From assembly GCA_964057225.1 (NCBI GenBank), contig OZ059898.1, positions 13,454,001 to 13,518,000 of the forward strand: a stretch of DNA of 64,000 bases, read 5' to 3'. Position 1 is the first letter of the stretch. Each line of letters starts with the position of its first letter. Below the pieces are notes generated by a model. The model was not told the origin of the DNA, made no database searches, and worked only from the letters and a program-made list of their open reading frames with translations. Made by a program: the position numbers and the translations under genes. This stretch comes from Auanema rhodensis (lineage: Eukaryota; Animalia; Nematoda). Of this stretch, positions 37,652 through 53,932 are shown piece after piece.

Positions 37652-40600
37652 CATGCATTTGTGCTTACCAATATTTAAGATTTGAAACAAATTCGAGCAT
37701 TTTTAATATTTTTCACAACAGAAAGAAATAGATTTCACGAGTTTTGTGAATTTCTCATATTTCTCTTCATTATTGTCATCATCGTCATCATCATCATCAT
37801 CATCATCATCATGCACACAGGCCTAATGGCTTCGTGGAGTAGGTCGATGAGAAGAGAAATGCATCAGATACTTTTCTATAAAATTATGAAATCTTTGATG
37901 AGAATTTAAGCAAAAAAATGCGAAAAACCCGCAACTGTTCATGAAAAGTTTAAAATTCGTACGTTGCCTGTGGATTTCCTCGTTTCACGAGAAGAAGGTG
38001 TCACACACGGAACATAGACAGAGATATACATAGAGAGAGAGAGATACAGAGAGAGAGAAAGAAAGAAAAAAAGTGGGAGATGGAGATGGTGAGAGGGTGA
38101 GCACGCAAACCAACTGACTAACTAACTAACTAATAGCTAACTGACTGACGGAATGAATGCCTGAATGACTGACTAAACTAACCAACTACGCTTGATAGAT
38201 GGTCGAGCACATAGACGAATGATACAGAATTCGAAAACTTTTGTCAAACAAGATGAACTAAACTGACAAGTGCTTATCGTTATTTCATATAGTATATACT
38301 ATATTTTCAAATAGTTTATATATAAAAGTACATATTTTTCTTTTTCAAATTATCGTAGCTCTGATAATAAATTTTAAAAGAAAAATTATGTGTGAGATCA
38401 TGAGAGATAGAGTTTTATATAGGGAATACAGAGGAGGAGGGGGGAGGGGAGGGTGATGTAGGAAGGTAGCAAGCAATAGGGACAAAAATATACAAAAGCT
38501 ATATTAGTAGCAAATGATGAGATGAGAGATAAAACATAAGAAGAGAGAGAGAAAGAGAGAGAGTGAGAGAGAGAATAAGAAAGAGAGAGAGAGAGAGAGA
38601 GAGATTTTTAAAAATGGCAATTAAGGACTTCAATTCGAAGTACAATATTGTACGTGAGGGAATACGAAATACCATCATATTAAAACATATAAAACGTTAT
38701 TTTAAACTTTTTTTAATAAACGAATATTGCAAATTGAAATGCATGTGGGTATTGCACAATCTTTGGAGTAAAACTAATTGATAAATTATAAATTTTTCTT
38801 CGAAATCAATGAAATAATCAGAATGCAACCACTCAAAGCTAATTTGTGTTTAATATGAATTCATAAGCTGCTGCTGCTCAAATTCTAATTTCACGTGAAA
38901 TATGGTGCTCAACGTATGATGGGGCTTTTTTTTTTTTTTAAATTTTCTTGTTTCCTTCTCATTTTCTCTCTTTTTGTATGTTTTTTTGTGAAGAAAATAG
39001 AGAAAATAGATACACACACACACACACACATATATATACATATACATATGCGTATATGGCAAAAGACTAATTAAGAAATGTTTTTAGATCAAAGAAGAGT
39101 GAAAAGAATTGTTGTGAAGGTTTAAAATTTGATAGAAACATAGATACTATGTATCTATGTATGTATGTACATACATGAAAAATTAATTTTCGCCTCATTA
39201 TAGTTTCATTGCATTCCATTCTCTTCATAATCACATTTGAGAGGTATGACATCACTCTAATTATATTTAAGTTTCAATCACTGAAGTATTTTATAAAAGA
39301 AAAAAAAAGGAAGGTTAACCATATGATGATGAAGATGTACATATATGTATAGTTAGAGTTGAGAAAAAGAGAAAATGTAGAAAAGAGCAACAATGACGAC
39401 GATGACGACAACGACGACGACGAGGACGAGGACGTCAAGGAATGGATGAAGATATCTCTTGTTCTTCTTCAAATTAGAAAAGAAATAATTATAAAGAAAG
39501 AAAATTATGATTAATTAACATAATCAGATTAAGAAATGAAACTTTCAAACATATTTTTCTTTTTTTCTAAATAAATTAAAAATTTAAAAAGTTTCATAAT
39601 TTAATCAATTTTATTATATAATTATTATCTTCAATATAATATATATTAAAAAGATTTTTTTTTGTTTGAAAAGTATAAAAACCTTTCAAAAAAAAAAAAG
39701 AAGAAGAAGAAGCAGAAAATGAAAGAAAGAAAGAAAGAAAGAAGACAACGATAAACGATCACGATGAGGACGAATTTGAATGAAAGAAATGAATATATAC
39801 GCTTGAAAAATCATAATTTTTGATTTCTTAACTATATATATCTACTACTATCTACTACTATCTACTATCTATCTATCTATCTATCTATATATATGTATAA
39901 ATATATAATTTAAAATATTGCAAATATGGTAAAAGTTTCTTTTGCGTTTGAAAAAAATATTTTTTATTAGAGTTTTCATACTTATTTATATTATTATCGT
40001 AAATTGAGGTAAGAAAATATCTTTTTTTTTGTTGAGAAAAAGGACAAAACCTTTGATAACGACGTCTATTACGAGAGAGAGAGAGGGAAATGCGAATACA
40101 CGGGAGATTAGAAGGGACGGAAAAACTGAAAATATAATGTTTCGAAGTTGAAAAAAGTATGTTTCAGCGATATATTGGTAAATTCTTGTGCTAAAGCAGT
40201 TTAGATAGAACATTGAGTGAGTACGTAGCCTTTAAACCAGCTTGTTAAGCTATAAAAGAAAATTTGGCTGTGGAACATAAAAAGTGAGAAGAAGAAATGT
40301 TAGTAAAAGATAAAGATATTTCAGATTCTCTCTCTCTTTCTCTCTCTCTCTTTTTTTCTTTTTGAAGGAAATAAAATAAAAAAAAATGAATATATGTATA
40401 TAATAAAGTTTTTTTCTGTTCTACGATTAACTATATACATATATACATATCTATAGCTATAGCTTAATAGGTAACAGGCTTAACCAACTAACCAAATAGA
40501 TTAAACTCCATATAGACTATAGAGAAAATATGTAGTAGTTAGTAGCAATATACATATGAATATACATAGATATTCTATGTATATCTATGCACATAGTATA

Positions 40601-41203
40601 GACATATATACACATAATCAACTCATTCATTTATTCTGAGCAGATATTTAGATGCTTATATCTTCAAATATCCTTCTACATCCATCCATCCATCCTTCAT
40701 ATTCATAGTATGTATATCAACTAACTATCCATCTATATACATACATAGATCTTAGTATATCAGATATACAATATAGGTGGAGTAAAAGACGATTAGTCTC
40801 ATATTCCATATGATTTATACAGTAATATTCTTTTTTTTTCCTTTTCTATCTTTCTTTCTTTCTCAACCAAATGATCATAGACATGATATTGAATGACAAC
40901 TACTATGTAGAAACTTGGACAGACAGACAAAGAGAGAGAGAAAGAGAGAGAGAAAGGAGAAATTACTACATATTGCAGGTAAGCTAACACAACTACGAAC
41001 ATCGTCATCATCCATCAATTCAGTTATATTTTCTTGGTTTTTATTTCGATTCTGCACCAGCTGGGATGAAGGCATCGGTGTGATGCTGCTGGCTTCTCTT
41101 ATCTTAATATCTCAGTTTGAACCTCAGATTTTCCTATTAGAAGCTCTTCTTTGAAAATCAAATCAGTTCAATTTTCTTGTCATAGCCGTTACTTCTGTTT
41201 CTC

Positions 41204-41236
<33 letters not shown>

Positions 41237-42887
41237 ACACATGAACATATACTATATTAATATATTATCATAATATATATACATATCTATACTATATGTT
41301 ATATATATATATATTATAAATTATATAATAAAGTACGAAAAGTGAGAGACATAGAAAGAAGATCAAGAAAATCGCTTTTTTCTCTTTCAAATTCAAATCA
41401 CATGAGAATTGAACATATAAATGAGTATATTGATGAAACAGTTTGAACCAGGTAACCAAAGGCGGAGGCGGAGAAGGAGTAGGAGTAGGAGGTGAAGGAG
41501 GAGGAGAATGATGAGGAGGAGAAGTCAAGTTGGTTTGTTTTTGATTGGAAAGCTACCGTTCTCAATCTTTTCTTCAGACAATGACAATTGTCCTGAATAG
41601 TCACTGTTTCATAAGCTAAAAGAGCAGAAAAGTGTAAGATGGAGTCTGAGGCAGAGGGCAATTGAGTTGAGAGGTAATAGAAAGACCATGTTACAAGAGT
41701 TTGTGTGAGAGAGCATGTGATTTCAAAATTTTAGAGAAACAGCTCTCTTTAGAACTAAAAAGAATTGAGAAATAAAGAGAAAAAGTAGAATACATTAACA
41801 TAGAACTTCTGAGATTTCCAACAACAATCCTTGAAAGCTGAAATAAAATAAATAATTTTTTGTTAAAAAATCAAAAAAAAAACGAACGAACGAGCAAACG
41901 AACTAAGAACAAAACCAGATAGAAAGGTAAAATAGGAAAAAAGAAAAAAATGAACACATAGATAGTAGTATATAGTATTCATGTATGGTTATGTTTTGCT
42001 AAAGAAAATATTTTTTTTTTTAAAAAAATGAGAAAAAAAAATAAAAAAAATTGAAATATGAATAAAGATTGGAAGGATTAGAGTGAAAAAAAACATAACT
42101 TCATTGTAAAATCAGATAAAACTTCCTGATCTGATATTTTGATCTCGAAGTTCAATCTCTGATGTTCATGAGCCAAGCTAACATTCTTCAGAAAGAAGAT
42201 TTTAATGTTATAGTTATAATAATCTTTCTTATATATATATACTATATATGCTTTATGGTTTATTAAGCCTTTTTCATGATGTAATACTTATTAATACGAT
42301 TTTTTGAAAATCTTCATATAAAGATAGACGCATAGCATAACTAGAATAACTAGAATATCAACTATTTGCAAGTTATAAGTATATCTAATATGATAAGTAA
42401 TAGATCTCCTAAATATTTATATTTATAGAATTATAGAAATAATATTAATATTTTTTGAAGATGAAGAACATTAAGCTTCTGCTGATGCTCTGATGCTGCT
42501 GTTGCTGCTTCGCGCTAAAAAATTGTTGGAAGACTGAAGATTGAAGAGCAATTCTTCAAAAAATAGCTTGCAGAGTACATCGATATGATATGATATGTAC
42601 ATAAACCATATGAATAGTTAGTAGAATTTATGTATATTATGCTGTTTCTCTCAACATTTCTAATTTTTGAATAAGAATAATAAAAAAAAGTTGCGTTTAT
42701 GTACATATTTAAGCATAAAAACGGGAATTTATTAGTTCAAAAAGATGAAGAAAATATTTTAAATTTTGATGTTTGTAACAGCCATGAAAATACTATTGGA
42801 AAAGCTTTATATAATATTCAAAGGTTCAAATATTTCCAAACTTTTTCTATTCTCTTTTTAGATAAAATATATAGAGAAACGCTAATA

Positions 42888-42940
<53 letters not shown>

Positions 42941-44472
42941 TGTGAATGAAGCAAAGCACAAGCAAGCGAGCAGTAACAGCAGCAGTAGCAACAACAGGAG
43001 AAGTAGAAGAAGAGGATGGAGCAGTACTAATAGCGACCATTTTTTCATAAAAAAACGTTGTTCTTCGTTCATCTATAGATGTGAACGTCAACTTCATGGT
43101 TATTATCCAAAAAAAAGTAACATAACGTATTTTTGAGAGAAAAATAAAGAAAACAGAAACAAATTGATATTAAGACATCAAAGTCTAAAATATTTTTTTT
43201 GGCAAAAAAAGCTGAAAAACTTAAAAAAATTCGTTTTTTTTTTGTTAGAAGGGGCTATTAGTACTTCTACATATACTTGTTGTTGATTGCTGGATTATTG
43301 TCAATTTAATCGAAGAAAATGTTTGATATTTTGACTGAAAATAATGAATATTTGAACTATATTTAGATGAAGAACTTGTTTATGTTATAAACAATTTCAT
43401 TTAATCTAAATGAATAACAAATTTTTTAAATATTGAAGAAGGGAAAAAGCTGAAATAGGAGAGAAATGTGAACAGAAGGTGAACAGAGAGAGAGAAGGAA
43501 TGAACACGGACATGCTGAGATGAAGAGAAAGAGAAGAGGAAATCTAACATGCTTTCACTGGGAATTATCATATTTCAACTGTTTTTTAGAGAAAATTTTT
43601 TGGTGAAAAGAAGATAAGAAGTGAAATAATGAAATGGTTAGCAGGAAAATAGTGAGAAGGGAAGAGAGAGGAAAAATGATATAAAGAGAGAAATAAGAGA
43701 GAGAGAGAGAGAGAAATAGAGAGAGAGAGAAAGAGAGAGAGAGAAAGAGAGAAAAGAATTTCAGTTGTTTTTCCGGAGAGACAAAATAAATATTCAATAT
43801 GATTGAATGAAGAGTTGAATCTCACAGAAATACATATGTGTTAGAAGACCACCATGGAAAAATGACATCATTTCTTGAGAAAATTTGAAGTTATCAACGA
43901 TATTCGTTAAGTATTTTGTTAAAGAAACTTAATAAAAAATAATTGAAAAAAACATTAAAAGTCATCTGAAAGATTGAAAAAGTTTTCAAAAAGCTGAAGA
44001 AAAAACAAAGAGAGAGAGAGAGAGGATACGAGAGTAAGTTATGAGAATTGAAGTTTTGAAAAGAGAAGGCATATGCTGGGAAGACGGAACATTCATTGAA
44101 AAAAAAGAAAAATTAAATAGTTATATACGTATACGGAGTTACACATACATTAATGTATTTTTCATATACATTTATATGAATTGTATGATATTTTTAATTT
44201 TTTTGAGCAAAAAATAGAATTGGAAAGATAAAAAAATGAATTTGTGCTTATGTGTTTCATAAAGAGGTTTTCTATTTTCTGATTCAACCACAAAAAAATG
44301 GAATAAATCAAATATATTGTGTAATAGAAGACACAGACACAGATACATATATGTACATTTTCAATGGAGTATGTTTGGAAAATATAGAAAAAACTAAGAA
44401 AAGTTTGTAATTTGAAGGAACAAAAATATTTTTTTTTGTGTTTGGGAGGCTATATACTAAGAGAGAAAGAGG

Positions 44473-44509
<37 letters not shown>

Positions 44510-44672
44510 TTAAAGTTTATGAAAAGAACAGTCAAAATTTCAGGAGGATAAGCACTTAGTGGTATCGTTGAACACACACTTGATGTGTGAATTTTTCGGA
44601 AAAAATCTGAAAGTTTTTGGAGAAGAAAAACTAATAAAAAGCTTTGTGACTAGATAAGAAAAAGGAGAAAAA

Positions 44673-44724
<52 letters not shown>

Positions 44725-47158
44725 TAGCGAGAAAAAAAAAAATGATTATAGTATAGGGGAGTATGGTATGGTGAAGTGAAGATTAAACGAAGGGGAGAAG
44801 ATAATGTTGTGGATTTGTATACATATAGTTACGTATGATATAGTATAGTTAACTATTCTGTAGTATAGTTAAAGGCTTCATGAATTATAAAAATAAAAGT
44901 CATAAGAATATGTGTGAAACCATAAACGAAATAAACGTTCACAAATAATGTATAACGATGTCCTTTATATACAAAACAGGCGTGGAGCTGGGTGGAGAAA
45001 GAAGGGGGGTGGTTGAAAAGACGAATAGCAAAAAGAAAATATATTTTTAGCCGAACATTTAAAATTTATTAATTTTTAAGAAGAAAATTAAAAAAAAATT
45101 GGGGTGGCAAGTGGGGGAGGGAGGAAGAGAATAGAAATAGCTGTAAGATGACAAATAGGAAAGAGCAAGCATAGTGTCCTTAGCTTCATCATACTTCACA
45201 CTTTGGGTCGGTTTTATTTCAACTCATCCTATCCTTCAGAATATTTTCTTTCTCTCTCTCTATCTCTTTTACTCTCTTTCTACTGTTCTTTATTGAAAAA
45301 TATTGAAAAAACATAGTTTTACATGCTAATTACTTATAACTTTCTTACTGTGTATAAAATTGAGTTTTTCAAAAAAATGTATTGTTCTGGAAAGGGCATG
45401 AAATTGCTTGTTCATTGTCTCAAAATCAGCCACATATATGAACTTTATAAAAGAATTTTTGTAGAAAATATGCATAATTCTTTGCTATTTACAACGTTTA
45501 GTTGAATTTCTTTTAAATTTTAGTTTGACCTTCCATTGACTTCTATTCAAACCACCGTCACCCAGCATACACACGGTCACTTACCATTCATCTACGATCA
45601 TTCTACTACTTTCATTTTTCTATTTTTCTTCTTTGTTCTCTCTCTCTCTTCTGCTTTAAAATGTTTTTTAATAACCACAAAATAGATTTTTGAAGTTAGT
45701 TTTCAACACAGATATTTGATGCCAGTTGTATTTCAACAATTTGTTTTTTGAAAATAATTATTTCAAAACATTATCTAGAATTCAATGAATTTTTTTTCAC
45801 TAGTAGTTAATAAACTATCAATGTTCAAGAAATTAAAACCTGGAAACAACTTGACAGAAGGCTACAACAGCGTATAAATTTAGAAAAATATATTTCAGAG
45901 TTGGATGTAGAGGGAGGATGCTTCTGAATTAGCTTTGGATTAGAAATAAGGTATTTTTCGAAAAAATAAAAAAAATATTCAATGTAATAATATAAATTTG
46001 TAAAAAGAGGTGAAACAGTGAAGAGTAAGACAGGTAAATATAATATATAATTTAATATCGCTGTTACCTGCATATCCAAAATAATTTTCAATTCAATTAA
46101 ATTAATTAAAAAAAATATTTTTATTTCTTTTCATATATGTAAGAATATATTTCATTTTTTATTTTGTGGTTTTTTTTCTATTAATATGATATAAGATGTT
46201 CATTAAATGATTGCATAAGGTATAATATGTAAAGCATACATACAGCTTGATGTGGCAATTGTAGAGAGTGGGGGGGGGGTTGGTGGAATAGGAATGGACA
46301 AACAAGGTTTTGATAGAAAATACTAATTGTAGAACATATTGTAATTTAATCTCTTTATATTACCAAAATAATATATATAATATATAATATATATTTATTG
46401 TCATAACAGAAATTTAAAATAAAAATGTTTTTTTATATAAATGTTCATGAAAATTGTCAAAAAAAAGCTCAAAAAATATTTGTAATATGCAATGAAATCA
46501 GCATAAATCATCAAAAGTTCTAGAATGTAGTTAGAAAGGGGGGGGGAGGAAGTGCAAAACAGCACAACGAGGGTAAGGTATGCAGATTCATTTCTATTTT
46601 TATTTCTCGGTAAACCGGCTGTGCATGGAGTATGTAAGCTTTTGAAAGACTTTTGTTCAAAAAAAATTACAGAAGAATTTTTAATTAAGATTATAGATTA
46701 TATTCATTAAAATAATCTTTATTTTTAAATTATAAAATATTATTAGAACTCAATTGAATATTTTGTAGAAAAAAGAGGAAGAAAATATAAAAATCTAATG
46801 AAAGAAATTTGTACTAAACTGTAAGCTTCAAAAATTAATTTAAAAATGAATAAAACAAATATTGTGAAAGTTTCAAAAAAAAATAAAATAGAAAGAGCTG
46901 GCTGAAAATAAAAAAAAATAAATAAAAGAATATAAATGAAATAAACACATAAAAGATAGAAGAAAAAGAAAACAAATGTACGTGAAAATATGTGAAGAAG
47001 GTAGGAAAAAAGTCTTTTTTTTCTTCTCTTATGAGCATATATGGATATTTTTTGTTTTTGCTTCTTCGTCCAATTGGTTACACGAATAATTATAGTCAAA
47101 GCAGCAGAACATACATATATACATATAGTATATATACTATATAGTATAAATATATATG

Positions 47159-47201
<43 letters not shown>

Positions 47202-48121
47202 GACACACTATTTTCATTGCCATATTTCATTATGTTTTTCTTCTTTTGTCCTGTATAGTCTTTTTTTTTCCTTTTTTTTAATTCTTATAATACCATAAAG
47301 GATGATGAGACGAAGTAATTTTTTTTCTTCTTCTTCTTCTTTTTTTTTTGTTACTGAAGAACAAGCTTTAGCTTAACCCTATAGCTTTCACATATTCCAG
47401 ACTTCATCCTCATCATCATCATCATCATTATGAAAATCATTAGGAGATAAACTCACACATACATTTTCTTTTGAGATCATCATCATCATCATCAGAATTC
47501 AATATTATATACAAAGATATACTATACTAGTTTACAACATCTTATACAACAATAGAATGATGTCAAGGAAATTCAATTTTTTTTTTTTTGCAAAAAAAAA
47601 AAGTTTGTTTAGATGCTGAAATTCAAATTTAAATGAACTATATGTACATATATGCATATAAATATATGGATGTTAGTTCGTTTTATAACTTTCAAAATAG
47701 ATATGAATAGAATTTCAGAATTTTTTTATAAAATTGACAAGAAAAATGAAGGAAATATGAGAAATTGAAGGAATAAATGTGGATGAATGAAGGAATATAT
47801 GAAAAAAAAGTTTTAAATAGATCTGAGAGCAAAGGAGAGAGAGAGATAGATAGATAGGGATAGGGATAGGACAAGAAGTAATTAGTTATGGCTTATGAGT
47901 AAGAAGGGCTTGATAAGATTGAGATAAACTAATATGTAATATAAAGAAATCAATAAAAGATTAAAAGTTTAATATAACTAAGACGATGAAGAAATAAAAA
48001 AAATCAGATCAGATGATGATAGCAGGTTGTCCTACGTACTATGCTTACAAGCATGTCCAAATCCAGATACATGTAAAGATGTATGTCTTCTATTTTCAAT
48101 TTAGAATGCACATACAGAGAG

Positions 48122-48174
<53 letters not shown>

Positions 48175-51100
48175 AAGAAAGAGGGGGTGGCAAGGTAGAT
48201 GTATTTGTATGAGATTATATGCCATAGTTTACTACTCCTACATGGTATTACAAAGGGCAATAATAGATAAAGAAAGATATAATTATTATAGTTAACTATA
48301 TATAATTTGTATTTGTTTTGATTTTACATACAAAACTTAAATATAGAGAGTAAAGAGAGATGTTGTATGTATATACTAGATTCTTCGGTTTTTTTTTGTT
48401 GAAAAATGAAAAGAGGATGCTCTGGACATTGAACATGAATGTAAATCTGCTCTCGCTGTTTTACATCACGTCATTTAATGGCACGTATGTCAAGCTAATC
48501 GTTCAAACAGATATGTAAGCTCTATGTTTTCTCTCAGTTCCTTTCAAGCATTCGCTTCATGTTTCCAGTGTTCGTCTTCATCATTTTCTTGTGTGATTGT
48601 GTGTATATATGAAATTGAAATAGAGAGAATGATATATACATATATAGAGATGTTTAGAGAAAATGAGATAGAGGGTAATAGAAAGTGAAAATGCGGTTTT
48701 GTTGAAAGACAAAAAAGCTGAGATATTCATTGGATGTCAGAAAGACAAAAAATGCTTGAGGCAATTGAAGTAATTGCTTAGCAAAGATTAAAAAGAAGAG
48801 ATCATTCAGCAAAGATGAACATGTAGTAGAAAACGAAATAACAACAGAGAATTATTTGATGAAATTGAACTTCATGACCATGATAATGATTTCTTTTGAA
48901 ACTTTCATAGATATCAACAAATAGTAAAAGCTTTTCTATCTTCTCAGAGATATAACTTCAGTTGAGGAAATAAAATTGAAGAATAAATGCTCTTCTGAAT
49001 ATGGACTCTTGAATCAAATTCCTTCCTTCTTATCTGCCTTCTACTGAACCTTCAACTATTCTCCACTTTCAAACTTTTTAGTTTTCAGTCGAATGAAAGA
49101 TGTAGATGTTTGTATAAGGAAGTTAGATTAATAAGACATCCACAGATATTTCATTTCTCTCTCTCTTTCTCTATCTCTATATCTCTCTCTCTCTCTCTTT
49201 CTCTTTCTCCCTCTTTCTCTTGATTTCTCTCATATACTTACTTTGCTTGAAAGATTTTTTTTTCTCTCATTTTATTTTTTCTCTCGAATTTTTCTCTCTT
49301 GTTATACACAAATAATAAAAAATAATAATAAAATATAATTTTTGTAAATTTGGAATATTATAAACACATGATGAGTGAGAATAAGTAAAATCTGTTGAAA
49401 AATGACAACCGCACAGCATCAGATGAAAAATTAAATGAATGAGAGCTATTGCTGCACGTGGAAAAACACGTGGAAAAAGGATTCATAATGAAGTATGAAA
49501 TGCAAAAGAAATAAGAAAGATTTCAGCTCTAATTAAAAATAAAGAAAAAATTCAAAATTTTCTTGGGAACTTGTTGTCCAAAAATCAAATGACTCATTAA
49601 GTTATTCAGAAAAATATTTTGATAAGCAGTACAAAGTTCAAACATACATCTGCATGATCCAAACATACATATAGTATATGGAGATGTCTGTTGAAAAGTA
49701 ATATGTTGGACATCATATTCACACATTATGCTTGAAATCTAATGTAGATGTGATGATGTTTCAATACTAAGAATAGAACTTGAAGGATAACAAACTTTTT
49801 TTCTTCTTCTGAATGTCAGTTGTTATGAGAATGAAATGAGACAGAGCAGTAAAGCGAACAACCTCACGATCGGACCACCACCGTTAGCAGAAACATTAAA
49901 CGTGTGAATGTTGAAGAAAATTATAAAATAATGCTGACAAAGATGATTTGAAAGGGAATGTTTGGAAGCATGTTGAAGGGATAGAAGATGATGTCTCGTG
50001 GTATTTTATGATTTTAACTTATCATATTTCAATATTGTAATATTGAGAAGAACATTTTTGAATTGTTGATGATTGCAATGAAAGAAGAAAATCTAAATAG
50101 ATAAAAGAAAAGAAATGAATGGAAAAGGAAAAGAAGGAAGAGAATATAGTAAGTGTAGGAGGTGTGGGAGATGAGTTGTTTCGGGGTTAAGCTGACGCAG
50201 ATTAATCATCCCCGTCGTCCAATGTTATTACTAATCAGAGAAGAGCAAAAGAAAAAGAAAGAATAAGAGCTAAAGAAAAAAAAAAGAAAAAAAATTAAAG
50301 GGGTAAGAAGAGTTATTATATATAATTATATATTATTATATATAAATAAATCAAAAAAATATATATAATAATCGCCTTGTCTTAATACTTAATACAAAGA
50401 TCTCATTGTTATATCAAATAATAAGGAAATATATCTTCATGTCTACGTATGAATGTTGTAAAAAAAAGGTTTGTACACATGATTTCCTATAGAAAATATT
50501 CATTTATCCGTCTAAGTTGATCATGTTGAAGCCTTTAGTTCAATGAATATCTCCATAAGAATATATATAATATAAAATATTTATTTATATATATATATAT
50601 AGTATACGTATTATACTTGTAAAAAGATTTTCAATTAATTGATATTATATAGAAAAGATCTTAATTATAATTAATTTTCATATATTTTACTTCATCTATG
50701 GTTTAAATAATAACTTTTTTCATGTTATTATTGGAACAATTGGAATCTTTATATCAAAAGATTTGCAGAACCTAATGTTGAAACCTATTTTCAAGTTCTA
50801 ATAATTCAATGACATCACTAATGAAAAGTTGTGTTGTGTGCCCAAGTATAGTTAGATTCATATAGATAATAACGAATTCTTCTTAATCTGAGAGACTTGG
50901 TACTGCTCATTCATGATGATTACGGTGGTTGTAGTGATGGAGGCTACCAAGGTGGTGGGTTGGGGGAAAAGGAGGTACTACGTGATACTTCTGAAGATGC
51001 TACTAATGATGGTAGTGGTATCGGTGTTAGTACTTGTAATTAGTTAGTTATAATGAATACGAAGATAACAACACGTTTTCACATAAGACCTAAGAGATTA

Positions 51101-51447
51101 GATATGAAAAGGAATTTCTTTTTAATGAAAATTCAAAAGGTTTTAAAGGTTTTCTTTAAGATTATAAGAAGAAAGAAGATGATGATCATAGTGATGAGAG
51201 AGAGAACATGAATAGAATATCAAGTAATCATGTTCATATGATGCATCATACGAATGAACATAATCTAATATTTAAATTTAACTTTAACTAACTATGAGTC
51301 ATTTGAAAGAATTGAAAGTTTTCCTTTTGATCAAACAATACATTTGTTTTTAATTTAAAAAAAAATATATTATTATACTCTTATGTGGTCATTGTAGATC
51401 TCAGTTTTGAATTTCTTTTGTTAACAGATGAAAAGATATTTTAGAAT

Positions 51448-51504
<57 letters not shown>

Positions 51505-53884
51505 ACACACATATATACACATTGCTCATCAAATTCATTCATCTTAATTTCAATTCATTTAATTTCTTTTTTCTTTGTTCTTCTTGGCTTTGCATCATGA
51601 TGATTGAGCCTGACTGACTACAAAAGAAGCTGAAAAGCCTTGATGGTTCCGGTAGTAGATGAGCTACCATAAGAGTAGAAACAGAGAGAGAGAGGGAGAG
51701 AGAGAGAGAGAGAGAGAAACACAGAGAGAGAAAAACTGAGAGAGAAAAACTGCAACCAGGAATGGCATTTGCATCATCCTTGCAATCCAGTAGCAGGTTC
51801 TACTACAGCTTAGTCATTGTTCTTTCTTACTCTTTCTATCAGTTTCCCTCTAGCTCTTTCTTCTTTCCTCAAGTAAACATCTTTTAGAATAAAGAATATT
51901 TTCTGTCGGAATTAGATATGAAAAACGAGGATTTCGCATTTCAGTGGATTTTTGCTTTTTTTTGGAGAAAAAAGCTTTGCATGCAAAAATTAAAAAAAAA
52001 AAAGACGGGAGAGACAAATCTTGATGTTACGTCGAACAAAAAAAAATTTATCCGTAAAGTGTTTCAATTTTCATTTTGAAAATAGAATAAGTATATTAGA
52101 AATATATAAATTAAAAGTGAATTAGAATCACGTATTCAAGAGGGGAGGGGAGAATGTGGTCAGTAAATTAAATATTTTTGTTTTGAGGGTAAAATTAATC
52201 AAAAAGTAAAAAGAAGTCTATACAGCTAACAACACTCTCTCGTTATTTTTTAAATTTCAAAATTAAAAATGTCACTTTCATAAGAAATTTAGAAGTACAT
52301 TGAAAGGGTAAATGAATGATGTAAAGAAGATTTCAAAAAGAGAATGTGAGAAGAGGGGGAGACATGGTCAAAGAGATTGAGATAAAGTAGAAAGAGTATG
52401 TTTCAAATCATTTCTTAATTTTTCTTTTTAACTAAAGTAAAATTATTTATAGATATGAAAGAATATTTTAAGAGTATGCTGAGATTAAGTTGAAACATAC
52501 ATATTACATTGGAAAAAGGCGTAAAAGAGCTCTTGAATAATCTCAGGCAAACCGGAAGTGTGAACAACTTCTAAAGTAATTTCTATACGCAAATAGCACA
52601 AAGTTCAATAAATAAAAGCTCATATATAGTTAAAGATTTCCAGAAATTTATAAATATATGGATGATAGTTTTAAAAATAAAAAATAAAGTAAATCATTAG
52701 AGAGGGATGACGTGAGGTTCAGTAGACGTAATTGAAATCTGAACAGTGAGTCGAGATTAGATGGAGAAGAAACACGTTGTGAAGGTTTTTTTTGGAAGAA
52801 AATAACTTTATTGTTATAAAATTAAAAATTAAAATATGTATTCAGACATATGTATGTGAGAATAAATTTAATTTAGATGTTTTCATCTAGTATATAACAT
52901 GATAATGAATATTCATTTTAAGAAATAATTGAAGAAGAAAAAGAAGATCATAATGATGAAAATTTGTATAAAATATATTCTTACAACCATAATCAATTGG
53001 AAAGAATGGGATGAAGTGGTTGTAGTAGTGTGAAATCAAAAAAAATTTAATTCGATAACGCACTTTCAGCATTAGCCAACAACAAATTTGCAAAAAAAAA
53101 AAACGTTTTTGTGATAAATTGCTGAGATGGAATGGAGAAGAGGGTGAAGGTGGAAGGGTGAGGGGGAGGCTGATGTGAAATAGAGATATAGAGAGGGAGT
53201 ACTTGATATTAGGCTGAGATAAACAGCTTGAAGAATGAACCCAAGCATGCTGCTACTCGTTAGTGGTGTGATATGTGTCTGCAATTCCTTTTGCTGTTGC
53301 TTTTGCTGGCCTCTTCCTCCAACCGTCAGCAGCTCTCGTCTGCTAACTACCTGACGCCTATTACCCAGTCAAATTAAAAAATAAATAAAAAAAATGCACA
53401 AAAGAAACAAGATTATAACAAAAAATTCTATTTAAAGGAAACAAAGTTTACATTTTTCTTTCAATTCCAAACAAAAAAAACTTGTTGCGACATGTAGCTG
53501 TAAATACGTGGAATGTTTTTGTAACTTTTTATATTTTTGAATGTTTCTTTTAATTTCTTTTATCCTAATACAATACGTAAAATAGGCTTTACATCAGACA
53601 TTTTACATTTTTTTTCTAATTGAAATCAATGCTCATGTGTACAGTTAGATAGAAAGATGTTTGTATAGTATATACTATACTATATATATGTAAAACTCAA
53701 ACTTAATTACAAAGATAAATTATTTAAATTCAAAATTTAAAAAGAATTTTCTAAATAATCAAAATATATAAAAGAAATTGAATATTTTCTGTAGCAAAGA
53801 GAAATGAGAAGAACTTCCTGTTTCATCTAACTATGCTTCATCTCTTGTTGTATCTTCATGCTTATGAGCTGTTCATCTTCGCTT

Positions 53885-53932
<48 letters not shown>

